A stretch of DNA of 21,379 nucleotides, from contig JAWOBU010000008.1 in the NCBI GenBank assembly GCA_046484135.1, positions 1-21,379 of the forward strand. The letters run 5' to 3'. The translations under genes and the position numbers were made by a program. The notes beneath the pieces were generated by a model. The model did no database searches and had not been told where the DNA came from. It saw only the letters and a list, made by a program, of their open reading frames with translations. Shown here piece after piece: positions 1-8,237 of this stretch. The first letter of the stretch is position 1. Each line of letters opens with the position of its first letter. This DNA comes from a bacterium. GTDB taxonomy: Bacteria > RBG-13-61-14 > DATKZS01.

Positions 1-1105
1 GCACAAGCGGATGCTGCTTGCTTCCGAGAGGATAGCCAGAAGGCCCCGCACCCGCTCTCAATCCCGGCCCCTGCTTTTCCGGTCCCAGTGCAACTGCGCC
101 TACTGGCACGGGGTGTTCGGAGGGTTGTATCTTAACTACCTGCGCCACGCAGTGTTCGAAAAGATTCTGGAAGCGGAAGAAAAAGCCGGCATGGCCCGGG
201 AGCTCCGCGTGGAAGAGCTGGACTACAACGCGGACGGCTTTCCGGAGATCATCGTAACCTCTCCTCATATCAATGCCTTCATTCATCCCGCCAGCGGCGG
301 CGCTGTGCGGCTTATCGAGTATCCTCCCGCTCACTTCGAGCTGTCCAATATCATGAGCAGAAGACCCGAACACTACCACGACAAGCTCAAACAAGCCGCG
401 CTTGAGCAAGGCTCGGATACCCCCGCCACCATACATGAGCGCGTGGTAGCCAAAGAAGAAGGACTCGAGAACTACCTGGTCTATGACCGGTACCCGCGCA
501 TGAGCTTCCAGGAGCATCTGGTGCCGCCGTCCCTGTCCCTCAAGGAGATCGAAAAGGAAAGGACCATCCACCTCGGCAGCTTCGCCGGCAGTCCCTACCG
601 GGTAATCGAACGCGACGAAGAGCGAATAAAGCTCTCCCGCCGCGATTTCTGCGGGGAACAACCCGTCCGGGTGGAAAAGACCTACTCCTTTCTTGCCGAC
701 CGGGCCGGTTTTACAACTTCTTACATTGTTGCCTCCGAAGGGGACAGGCAGGTGAGCTTACGGTTCTGCGTCGAGTTGAACCTGTCCCTGCTCTCAGGCG
801 ACGACCCTTCCCGCTATTATCGCGTGGACGGCGAAAAGACCGATCCGCCGGAGATGAACTCGCGAGGAGTCTCCCGTAAGGCGGAAAAGATCGAGCTTGT
901 AAACGAGCACGACGGGTTCGTCGTCTCGATACGAGCATCCCGGCCCGCCCTGCTTTTCCGCTATCCTATCGAGGCGGTGTCCCAGTCCGAGTCCGGGTTT
1001 GAAAGAACTTACCAGGGGTCCTGCATATGGTTTACCTTCGAGAGCTCGCTGGAGCCGGGCGCCAAGCAGGAGCTGTCTTTGGAATTTGATTGCCGGAACA
1101 TCTGA
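1..1105 (+). CDS. GH57 alpha-amylase/4-alpha-glucanotransferase, C-terminal part (DUF1925/DUF1926-type domains); 5'-truncated by window edge
   Basis: Frame is open from base 2 (HKRMLL...). Contains SQCNCAYWHGVFGGLYL, SRRPEHYH, TIHE, YDRYPRMSF and SQSESGFERTYQGS, typical of GH57 4-alpha-glucanotransferase C-termini. Stop TGA at 1103-1105. Confidence 0.9.
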   Translation, partial: HKRMLLASERIARRPRTRSQSRPLLFRSQCNCAYWHGVFGGLYLNYLRHAVFEKILEAEEKAGMARELRVEELDYNADGFPEIIVTSPHINAFIHPASGGAVRLIEYPPAHFELSNIMSRRPEHYHDKLKQAALEQGSDTPATIHERVVAKEEGLENYLVYDRYPRMSFQEHLVPPSLSLKEIEKERTIHLGSFAGSPYRVIERDEERIKLSRRDFCGEQPVRVEKTYSFLADRAGFTTSYIVASEGDRQVSLRFCVELNLSLLSGDDPSRYYRVDGEKTDPPEMNSRGVSRKAEKIELVNEHDGFVVSIRASRPALLFRYPIEAVSQSESGFERTYQGSCIWFTFESSLEPGAKQELSLEFDCRNI

Positions 1106-1158
1106 AGCCCTTTAAACGCGGGAAATCCAAAAGAAGTTTGACTGGACACAAACCTCCC

Positions 1159-1187
1159 TTGTTCTTTCAACTTCCTGCTACTAGAAT
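1159..1187 (+). promoter_or_regulatory. Putative sigma70 promoter for rsmD
   Basis: TTGTTC (1159-1164), 17-bp spacer, TAGAAT (1182-1187) in an AT-rich gap. ATG follows 8 nt later with no SD. Confidence 0.5.
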
Positions 1188-1195
1188 TATAAAGT

Positions 1196-1756
1196 ATGAA
1201 GGTGATCTCGGGATCGAAAAAAGGACACAACCTGAAAGCCGCGGCAGGAAAAAAGATGCGGCCCACTTCCGGCCGGGTGCGATCGGCTTTGTTCGACATC
1301 CTGGGACCGGACCTTGCCGACCTCTGCGTGCTGGACCTCTTCTGCGGCTCCGGCGCGCTCGGGATCGAAGCACTGTCGCGGGGCGCCCGCAACGCCGTGT
1401 TCGTGGACTCGGGCCGCGACTCAGCCAAGTATATCAAACAGAACCTGGACGCGCTCTGTTTTCTGGAACAGGCGCGGATCATGCCCAAAAAAGCAGGCGC
1501 CGCTCTCAAGCTCCTGGCCGCAGAAAAGCAAAAGTTCGACCTGGTCTTCCTGGACCCGCCTTATAAAAGCCCGGAGACCGGGAAGACCCTGCGGCTTCTT
1601 TCCCAGCTCGAACTCTTGAACCCCGAGGCCGACATAGTGGTCGAGCACGATTCCGACAACCCTTTGAAAGACGCTTATGACGGCATGGAGCTTTATGACC
1701 GGCGCAACTACGGCCGGACCATACTGTCTTTTTACCGGAACACGGAGGGCGGATAA
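1196..1756 (+). CDS. rsmD: 16S rRNA (guanine(966)-N2)-methyltransferase RsmD
   Basis: MKVISG, MRPTSGRVRSALFDIL, SAM motif VLDLFCGSGALGIEALSRGA, FDLVFLDPPY, IVVEH, YGRT. 186 aa. Confidence 0.95.
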   Translation: MKVISGSKKGHNLKAAAGKKMRPTSGRVRSALFDILGPDLADLCVLDLFCGSGALGIEALSRGARNAVFVDSGRDSAKYIKQNLDALCFLEQARIMPKKAGAALKLLAAEKQKFDLVFLDPPYKSPETGKTLRLLSQLELLNPEADIVVEHDSDNPLKDAYDGMELYDRRNYGRTILSFYRNTEGG

Positions 1757-2310
1757 TGGAACGGCAAAAGAACACACTCCCGGTTCTCCTCGTCGTTCTG
1801 TTCCTGGGAACGACACTCATGACAGGACCGGCCGCGCTGCAGGCCCAGTCAGGCTCATACCTGGCGCCCGCCCACGTGGACCGGTCCAACAAGTTCTCCA
1901 TAAAGCCGCCCGCCCACTGGTGGAAAAGCACCCGCTCGCGAAAATACGCGGTCAAGCTCTCGAGCCGCAACTACAAGGCTTTCATCATAATTAACGTTAC
2001 CGAGACGGAGGGCGAGGTCAAGATAGACCGCGACTTCATCCGTTTTATCCAGGAGAAGAACAAGGAGATAGCCGAACAGGTTCCCGGCTTCAAGGTCCGC
2101 GGCAACCGCAAGGTCGAGATCAACGGACAGGACGGATACCGCACCCACGCGACCTTCCGGGCCGGCGAGAACAAGGCCGTCATGAAGATATACTACGTTC
2201 CCGGAAAATCCCGGCTCTACATGATCACCACTGTCTGTCCCGAGTTTACCCACCAGCAGTGGCTGTCCTACTTCCGGGCGTCCGTCAACACCTTTACCAT
2301 CATCGAGTAG
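1756..2310 (+). CDS. Secreted hypothetical protein, probable PsbP/Mog1/DcrB-like fold
   Basis: Signal peptide (LPVLLVVLFLGTTLMTGPAALQA). Pattern FSIKPPxxW ... EINGQDG ... LYMITT ... FRASVNTF resembles PsbP-related proteins. TAATG overlap with rsmD and GGAGG upstream. Confidence 0.65.
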   Translation: MERQKNTLPVLLVVLFLGTTLMTGPAALQAQSGSYLAPAHVDRSNKFSIKPPAHWWKSTRSRKYAVKLSSRNYKAFIIINVTETEGEVKIDRDFIRFIQEKNKEIAEQVPGFKVRGNRKVEINGQDGYRTHATFRAGENKAVMKIYYVPGKSRLYMITTVCPEFTHQQWLSYFRASVNTFTIIE

Positions 2311-2322
2311 AACAACTTCGGC

Positions 2323-3741
2323 ATGGCCCGTGTAACCTTTGTACAAACCGAATGGTTCGAGCACCTGGGACTCCTCTCGCTCGCGGCCTACGTGCGCGCC
2401 GCCGGGCACGACGTGGGCCTGGTAACGGGCAGAACGGCCGGGCAGCTCCTGCCGCGCATCCTCGAACACGAGCCGGACGTGGTCGCCTTTACCGCCACTA
2501 CCGGCGCTCACCGGACCGCGCTCGCGATTGCCGGGAAACTCCGCAGTTATTTCCACGGGACCATCATCATGGGCGGGCCGCATCCCACCTTTTTTCCGGA
2601 AGTCATCAGCCACGAAGGACTGGACGCTGTCTGCCGGGGCGAAGGCGAGGTCCCCTTTGCCGAGCTTCTAAAGCGCCTGGACCGGAAACAGGACTTTTCC
2701 GACGTGCCCGGCTTGTGGGTCAAGAAAGGCGACAGGCTCATAAAGAACGCGCTGCCGGAGCTCATATCCGACCTGGACACACTGCCCCATCCGGCACGGG
2801 ACCTGCTCCGGCAAGCGGACCCTTTCTTCCGGCGGTCCGGCATGAAAAGGGTCATGGCAGGACGCGGGTGTCCGTATCATTGCACGTACTGCTTTAACGA
2901 CGCCATGCAGGAGCTGGTCCGCGGCAAAGGGCCTTACGTGCGGCTCCGGGGCGTGGACAACGTCATGGCCGAGATAAAGTCGCTGGCGGCGAACGGGGCC
3001 GGGACCATAAACTTCGTGGACGACACCTTCGGCTTAAAGCGCACCTGGGCGTTCGAGCTTCTGGCGCGGCTGGGACAAGAGGTCAATCTTCCTTACATCG
3101 TCAATCTGCGGCCGGAGCAGGCGGACCAAGAGCTTATTAAGGCGCTGGCCTCGTCCGGCTGCTACTGCGTGCAGCTCGGAGTGGAAAGCGCAGACGCTCT
3201 CATGAGGAAAGAGGTGCTGGGCCGGGAAGTGAAAGACGAAGAGCTTGCGGAAGCGGCCCGGCTTATTAAATCACACGGCATGTATCTTCTGACTTACAAC
3301 ATGGTGGGCCTGCCCGGCGAGACGCTTGCGGGCGCGGCCCGGACGATCGAATGGAACTCCGCCCTGGCCGCGGACTTCCCCCGCGTATCCATCTTTCAGC
3401 CGTACCCCCGCACCGCTTTGGGCGAGAGAATACTTAAAGAAGAGAATGGCGTTGAGCAGGGCGCGCCACCGGAAGCCGCGGGCGAGAGTTACTTCCGTAG
3501 GTCTCCGCTCCCTGGCAAGGAGTACCGGCGGATCGAGAACGTGCACAAGCTGTTCCTTCCCTACATCCGGTTCCCGCGCTTGCGGAGGTTTATACTTTCG
3601 CTTTCCAGGCTGCCGGCCAACCCGCTTTTCGACCTGGTGTTCCTTGCATCAATGGGGGCCCAGTACCGCAAGGCAACCAACCGGAGCATCAGAGAGACCC
3701 TTCGGCTCGGCTTCCGAAACCTCCGCGCTTACTTTACTTAG
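2323..3741 (+). CDS. B12-binding domain radical SAM protein (class B type)
   Basis: N-terminal cobalamin-binding domain (HLGLLSLAAY, GGPHPT, GEGE), CxxxCxxC motif RGCPYHCTYC, FVDDTF, GVES, MVGLPGET, FQPYPRT. Confidence 0.92.
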   Translation: MARVTFVQTEWFEHLGLLSLAAYVRAAGHDVGLVTGRTAGQLLPRILEHEPDVVAFTATTGAHRTALAIAGKLRSYFHGTIIMGGPHPTFFPEVISHEGLDAVCRGEGEVPFAELLKRLDRKQDFSDVPGLWVKKGDRLIKNALPELISDLDTLPHPARDLLRQADPFFRRSGMKRVMAGRGCPYHCTYCFNDAMQELVRGKGPYVRLRGVDNVMAEIKSLAANGAGTINFVDDTFGLKRTWAFELLARLGQEVNLPYIVNLRPEQADQELIKALASSGCYCVQLGVESADALMRKEVLGREVKDEELAEAARLIKSHGMYLLTYNMVGLPGETLAGAARTIEWNSALAADFPRVSIFQPYPRTALGERILKEENGVEQGAPPEAAGESYFRRSPLPGKEYRRIENVHKLFLPYIRFPRLRRFILSLSRLPANPLFDLVFLASMGAQYRKATNRSIRETLRLGFRNLRAYFT

Positions 3742-3852
3742 TCTTTGTAAAAAGCTCAATTCAAGCTTGCAAATGCCCTGTGGTTCTTCCATCCTATATC
3801 AATTACAGACGTAACAAAGAATAAAACCGATGATCAGGAAAAGGGGAAAGCC

Positions 3853-5811
3853 TTGAGCGGAAATAATGATAAAGATAATAAGCACTCTTCGAAAAGAACG
3901 GCCACGTTGTCCCGCGAAAAGTCGGGAAGCTTTTTGACGGACGATGACGTCTACCTTTTCAACCAGGGCTCGCATTACAGACTTTACAAGAAACTTGGCT
4001 CGCACATAGCCGAGCGGGAAGGCGTCCAGGGCGTTCATTTCGCAGTGTGGGCTCCCGAGGCCCGGAGCGTATCGGTAATGGGGAACTTTAACGGCTGGGA
4101 CACGGGGAGCCATCCGCTTTCCGCCCGCGGCAGCTCGGGCATCTGGGAAGGATTCATTCCCGGCATCGGCAAGGGCGAGGTTTACAAGTACCACGTGGAG
4201 TCCAGGCTAAACGACTACAAGGTTGACAAGTACGACCCGTACTCCTTCTACAGCGAGATATCCCCCCAGACCGCGTCAGTGGTGTGGGAGCTGGATTATG
4301 AGTGGGGAGACGACGAGTGGCTCGAAAGCCGCTTGAAAAGGCACCGCCTGCGGGACCCTCTCTCCGTTTACGAGGTCCACCCAGGTTCTTGGATGCGAAA
4401 GGAGAACGGCGAGCAGTTGTCCTACCGCGAGCTTGCCCACCAGCTTGCGGATTACGTGGAAAAAACGGGTTTCACCCACGTCGAGTTCCTCCCGATCATG
4501 GAACACCCCTTTTACGGCTCCTGGGGATACCAGGTGACAGGCTTTTTTGCGCCCACCAGCCGCTACGGCACTCCGCAGGACTTCATGTACCTGGTGGATT
4601 ACCTGCACCAGCGCGGCATCGGCGTCATTCTGGACTGGGTACCCTCCCACTTCCCCTCGGACGAGCACGGCCTGGGCTACTTCGACGGTTCTCATCTTTA
4701 TGAACACGCTGACCCACGGCTCGGCTATCATCCGGACTGGAAGAGCTACATCTTCAACTATGACCGGAACGAGGTCCGCTCTTTTCTGGCCAGCAGCGCT
4801 ATGTTTTGGCTCGACAAGTACCACGTGGACGGCTTGAGGATTGACGCGGTGGCCTCCCTGCTCTACCTGGACTACTCCCGCGAGGAGGGCGAATGGATAC
4901 CTAACCGCTACGGCGGCAACGAGAACCTGGGGGCAATATCCTTTTTGCGCTGGCTCAACGAGATCGTGTACGAGAACCATCCGGACGTGCAGACCATTGC
5001 CGAGGAGTCCACCTCCTGGCCCATGGTGTCGCGGCCCACCTACGTGGGAGGACTCGGCTTCGGACTTAAATGGGACATGGGCTGGATGCACGACACCCTG
5101 AAGTACATGAGCCATGATCCCATCCACCGCAATTACCACCATAACGAGCTCAGCTTCCGAATGCTTTACGCGTTCAACGAAAACTTTGTCCTTCCCTTGT
5201 CCCACGACGAGGTCGTCCACGGCAAGGCGTCCCTTCTGGCCAAGATGCCGGGAGACTTGTGGCAGAAGTTTGCAAACCTCAGGCTGCTGTTTTGTTACAT
5301 GTACGGCCAGGCGGGAAAGAAGCTCCTCTTTATGGGCGGAGAGATCGGACAGTGGAAAGAATGGGACCATGAAAGCAGTATCGAGTGGGAAATGCTGGGC
5401 TACGAGAGCCACCGGGGAGTGCAGAACCTGATGGCCGACTTGAACCGGCTCTACCGCAAGGAGCCGGCGCTTCACGTACTGGACTGCGATCCGCAGGGGT
5501 TTGAGTGGATTGACGCCAACGACTCGGCAAACAGCGTTTTAACGTTTCTGCGAAAGTCCGACAAAAAAGGAGAGCTCGTGATAATGGCCTTCAACTGCAC
5601 GCCGGTCCCGCGCCAGAGCTACCGGATCGGAGTTCCGGCACCAGGCTTCTACAAAGAAATCTTGAATAGCGACTCGGACTACTATGGCGGCAGCGGCATG
5701 GGCAACATGGGAGGCGTACATTCAGAGGCCGTCCCTTATCACGGCCGGTCCTGCTCTATAAACGCGGCACTGCCTCCCTTGGCCGCGGTGTTCTTCAAGG
5801 CGGAAGAATGA
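3853..5811 (+). CDS. glgB: 1,4-alpha-glucan branching enzyme (GH13), short N-terminus type
   Basis: [30 protein letters not shown], catalytic DGLRIDAV / AEEST / [21 protein letters not shown] start preceded by AAGGGG. Confidence 0.97.
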   Translation: MSGNNDKDNKHSSKRTATLSREKSGSFLTDDDVYLFNQGSHYRLYKKLGSHIAEREGVQGVHFAVWAPEARSVSVMGNFNGWDTGSHPLSARGSSGIWEGFIPGIGKGEVYKYHVESRLNDYKVDKYDPYSFYSEISPQTASVVWELDYEWGDDEWLESRLKRHRLRDPLSVYEVHPGSWMRKENGEQLSYRELAHQLADYVEKTGFTHVEFLPIMEHPFYGSWGYQVTGFFAPTSRYGTPQDFMYLVDYLHQRGIGVILDWVPSHFPSDEHGLGYFDGSHLYEHADPRLGYHPDWKSYIFNYDRNEVRSFLASSAMFWLDKYHVDGLRIDAVASLLYLDYSREEGEWIPNRYGGNENLGAISFLRWLNEIVYENHPDVQTIAEESTSWPMVSRPTYVGGLGFGLKWDMGWMHDTLKYMSHDPIHRNYHHNELSFRMLYAFNENFVLPLSHDEVVHGKASLLAKMPGDLWQKFANLRLLFCYMYGQAGKKLLFMGGEIGQWKEWDHESSIEWEMLGYESHRGVQNLMADLNRLYRKEPALHVLDCDPQGFEWIDANDSANSVLTFLRKSDKKGELVIMAFNCTPVPRQSYRIGVPAPGFYKEILNSDSDYYGGSGMGNMGGVHSEAVPYHGRSCSINAALPPLAAVFFKAEE

Positions 5812-8237
5812 CAAAAAAGCGCTACATCTGTATTCACGGCCATTTTTATCAGCCGCCCCGGGAGAACCCGTGGCTCGAGGCTGTGGAGACCCAGGACTCG
5901 GCGTACCCCTACCATGACTGGAACGAACGCATCAATGTGGAATGTTACGCAAACAACGCTTCCTCCCGCATCCTGGACGACCAGGGAAAGATAACCAGGA
6001 TCGTCAACAACTATTCGCGGATCAGCTTCAACTTCGGACCTACCCTGCTCTCCTGGATGAAAGAAAAAGCGCCGGAAACCTACAGCGCGGTGCTGGCCGC
6101 GGACCGGGAAAGCCGCCGTATGTTCGCAGGACACGGCTCCGCCCTGGCCCAGGCTTATAATCACATCATCCTTCCCCTCGCCGAACGACGCGACAAGTAC
6201 ACACAGGTGCTCTGGGGAATACGCGATTTCCGCGAGCGTTTCCAACGCGACCCGGAAGGGATGTGGCTTCCCGAGACCGCGGTAGACATCGAGACCCTCG
6301 AGGTGCTGGCCGAACTCGACATAAAGTTTACCATACTGGCTCCGCGACAGGCGGCGCGGGTCCGAAAAGTCGGAGACACAGAGTGGACGGACGTAAGCCG
6401 GGGAAACATAGACCCCACCACCGCCTATCAGGCACAGCTTCCTTCCGGCAACAAGATCGCGCTTTTTTTCTATGACGGACCGGTGTCCCAGGCCGTGGCA
6501 TTCGAGGGACTCCTGGCCAGGGGAGAGCTTCTCGCGGAGAGGCTGAAAACCGCGTTTCCCGAAAACAGTCCCGAAGGCCGGCTTGCACATATCGCAACCG
6601 ACGGCGAGACCTACGGCCATCATCACAAGTTCGGAGACATGGCACTGGCCTACAGCCTCTCCCTTATCGAGTCGTCCGAGGAGTTCGATCTCATCAACTA
6701 CGGCGAGTACCTGGAACGACACCCGCCCCAGCACGAGGTCGAGATCATCGAGAACAGCTCCTGGAGCTGCGAGCACGGACTGGAAAGATGGAGAAGCGAC
6801 TGCGGCTGTAAGGTGGGCGGCCCGGAGACGAGCCAGTCCTGGCGGGCGCCGCTCCGGGAGGCCCTGGACACCCTGAAAGGAAAAGCCGGCTCGGTCCTGG
6901 AACAAGAAGGCGGGAAACTGCTTCACGACCCGTTCGCCGCCCGCGACGATTACATCGGCGTGATTCTAGATCGTTCGGATGAAAACATACGGGATTTCCT
7001 GGACAGGCACGCCAAAGGCCCTCCGGGCGATGCAGATACGAGCCGCGTTCTCATGCTCATGGAGATGGCCAGGCACGCAATGCTCATGTTCACGAGCTGC
7101 GGCTGGTTCTTTAACGACATCTCCCGCATAGAAACCGTGCAGATACTATGTTACGCGGCGCGGGTGGTCCAGCTTGTGCGCGAGCTTACCGGCGAAGACG
7201 TGGAAGAAGAGTTCCTCTCCATCCTGGAGAAAGCCAGGAGCAACGAGCCGAAGTATGGCGACGGCAGGCGCATATACCTGCAGTACGTAAAGCCGGTCAA
7301 GGTTGACTTAAAGAAGGTCTGCGTGCATTTCGGTGTAAGCTCGATTTTTGAAGAGTTCGAGGACACGACCGACATCTTCTGTTACTCCATAAAGAGCAAC
7401 AAAGAGGAGAAGCTTTCTGCAGGCCGGGCCTGTCTTATCACTGGAGAAGCGGAGATCAACTCGAGGATCACTTACAGGTCCGCCCGGCTCGAGTACAGCG
7501 CGCTTCACCTGGGAGACCACAACCTGGTGGCGGGCGTGCGGGATTTCCATGACCCGGCATCTTACGAGCGCATGAAGGAAGAGGTTTCCGGGGCTTTTGA
7601 TCGCGCCGACTTCCCCCAGGTAATAAGGACGATAGACCAGGAGTTCGAGGGCAGCACCTATACCATCAAGGCCCTGTTCCGGGACCAGCAGCGCAAGGTC
7701 ATAAACCAGGTGCTGGAGTCAAACATGTCGGAGGGAGAGACCATGCTCCGGCAGTTTTACGAGCACAACGGTCCCATCATCCGATATCTTCAGGACTCCC
7801 AGGCCCCCTTGCCCGCCGTCTTCCGGATCGCCGCCGGCTTTGTCTTGAACCTGGACTTGAAAAGGGAGCTCGAGAGCGAAGAGACAGAGGTGGAGAAAGC
7901 ACGGGAGTTGCTCCGGGAAGCCGAGGACATGGAACTCAGCCTGGACTCCGCCGGTCTGGGGTTTGCCCTTGAACGGAACATCGAAAGAAAGGCCCGGCAT
8001 TTGAAAGAGAGCCCGGAGAACGAAGAACTCATGGACGGCCTGATTGATCTGATCCGCTTCGCCCGGTCCACGCCTTTTGACATCAACTACTGGAGCCCGC
8101 AAAACCGTTTCTGGGAGATGCTGGAGCAGTCCTACCCCTACCTGAAAGAAAGAAAAAAACACGGCGAAGAAAAAGCCGCGGCCCTGGCAGATAAAGTGCG
8201 CGAGCTGGGCGAGCTTTTAAAGGTCCGGGTTGATTAA
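5808..8237 (+). CDS. Glycoside hydrolase family 57 protein with DUF3536 domain
   Basis: [42 protein letters not shown] (nucleophile), [31 protein letters not shown] overlap with glgB. Confidence 0.92.
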   Translation: MTKKRYICIHGHFYQPPRENPWLEAVETQDSAYPYHDWNERINVECYANNASSRILDDQGKITRIVNNYSRISFNFGPTLLSWMKEKAPETYSAVLAADRESRRMFAGHGSALAQAYNHIILPLAERRDKYTQVLWGIRDFRERFQRDPEGMWLPETAVDIETLEVLAELDIKFTILAPRQAARVRKVGDTEWTDVSRGNIDPTTAYQAQLPSGNKIALFFYDGPVSQAVAFEGLLARGELLAERLKTAFPENSPEGRLAHIATDGETYGHHHKFGDMALAYSLSLIESSEEFDLINYGEYLERHPPQHEVEIIENSSWSCEHGLERWRSDCGCKVGGPETSQSWRAPLREALDTLKGKAGSVLEQEGGKLLHDPFAARDDYIGVILDRSDENIRDFLDRHAKGPPGDADTSRVLMLMEMARHAMLMFTSCGWFFNDISRIETVQILCYAARVVQLVRELTGEDVEEEFLSILEKARSNEPKYGDGRRIYLQYVKPVKVDLKKVCVHFGVSSIFEEFEDTTDIFCYSIKSNKEEKLSAGRACLITGEAEINSRITYRSARLEYSALHLGDHNLVAGVRDFHDPASYERMKEEVSGAFDRADFPQVIRTIDQEFEGSTYTIKALFRDQQRKVINQVLESNMSEGETMLRQFYEHNGPIIRYLQDSQAPLPAVFRIAAGFVLNLDLKRELESEETEVEKARELLREAEDMELSLDSAGLGFALERNIERKARHLKESPENEELMDGLIDLIRFARSTPFDINYWSPQNRFWEMLEQSYPYLKERKKHGEEKAAALADKVRELGELLKVRVD

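Noticed and set aside
1090..1566. 158-aa alternative-frame ORF overlapping rsmD, plus other Arg/Pro/Gly-rich off-frame ORFs
   Set aside because: Low-complexity off-frame composition. rsmD fully explains the region.
3742..3852. Promoter or terminator between the radical SAM gene and glgB
   Set aside because: TTGCAA at 3767-3772 has only a poor -10 (CATCCT) at 17 bp, and there is no convincing hairpin with a U-tract.
4276..6926. Long antisense ORFs (399 aa at 4276-5475, 395 aa at 5739-6926), and similar ones at 1855-2613, 10953-11669, 14528-15607 and 19841-20554
   Set aside because: They lie opposite well-supported genes and have no recognisable motifs. They are typical shadow ORFs of GC-rich codon usage.
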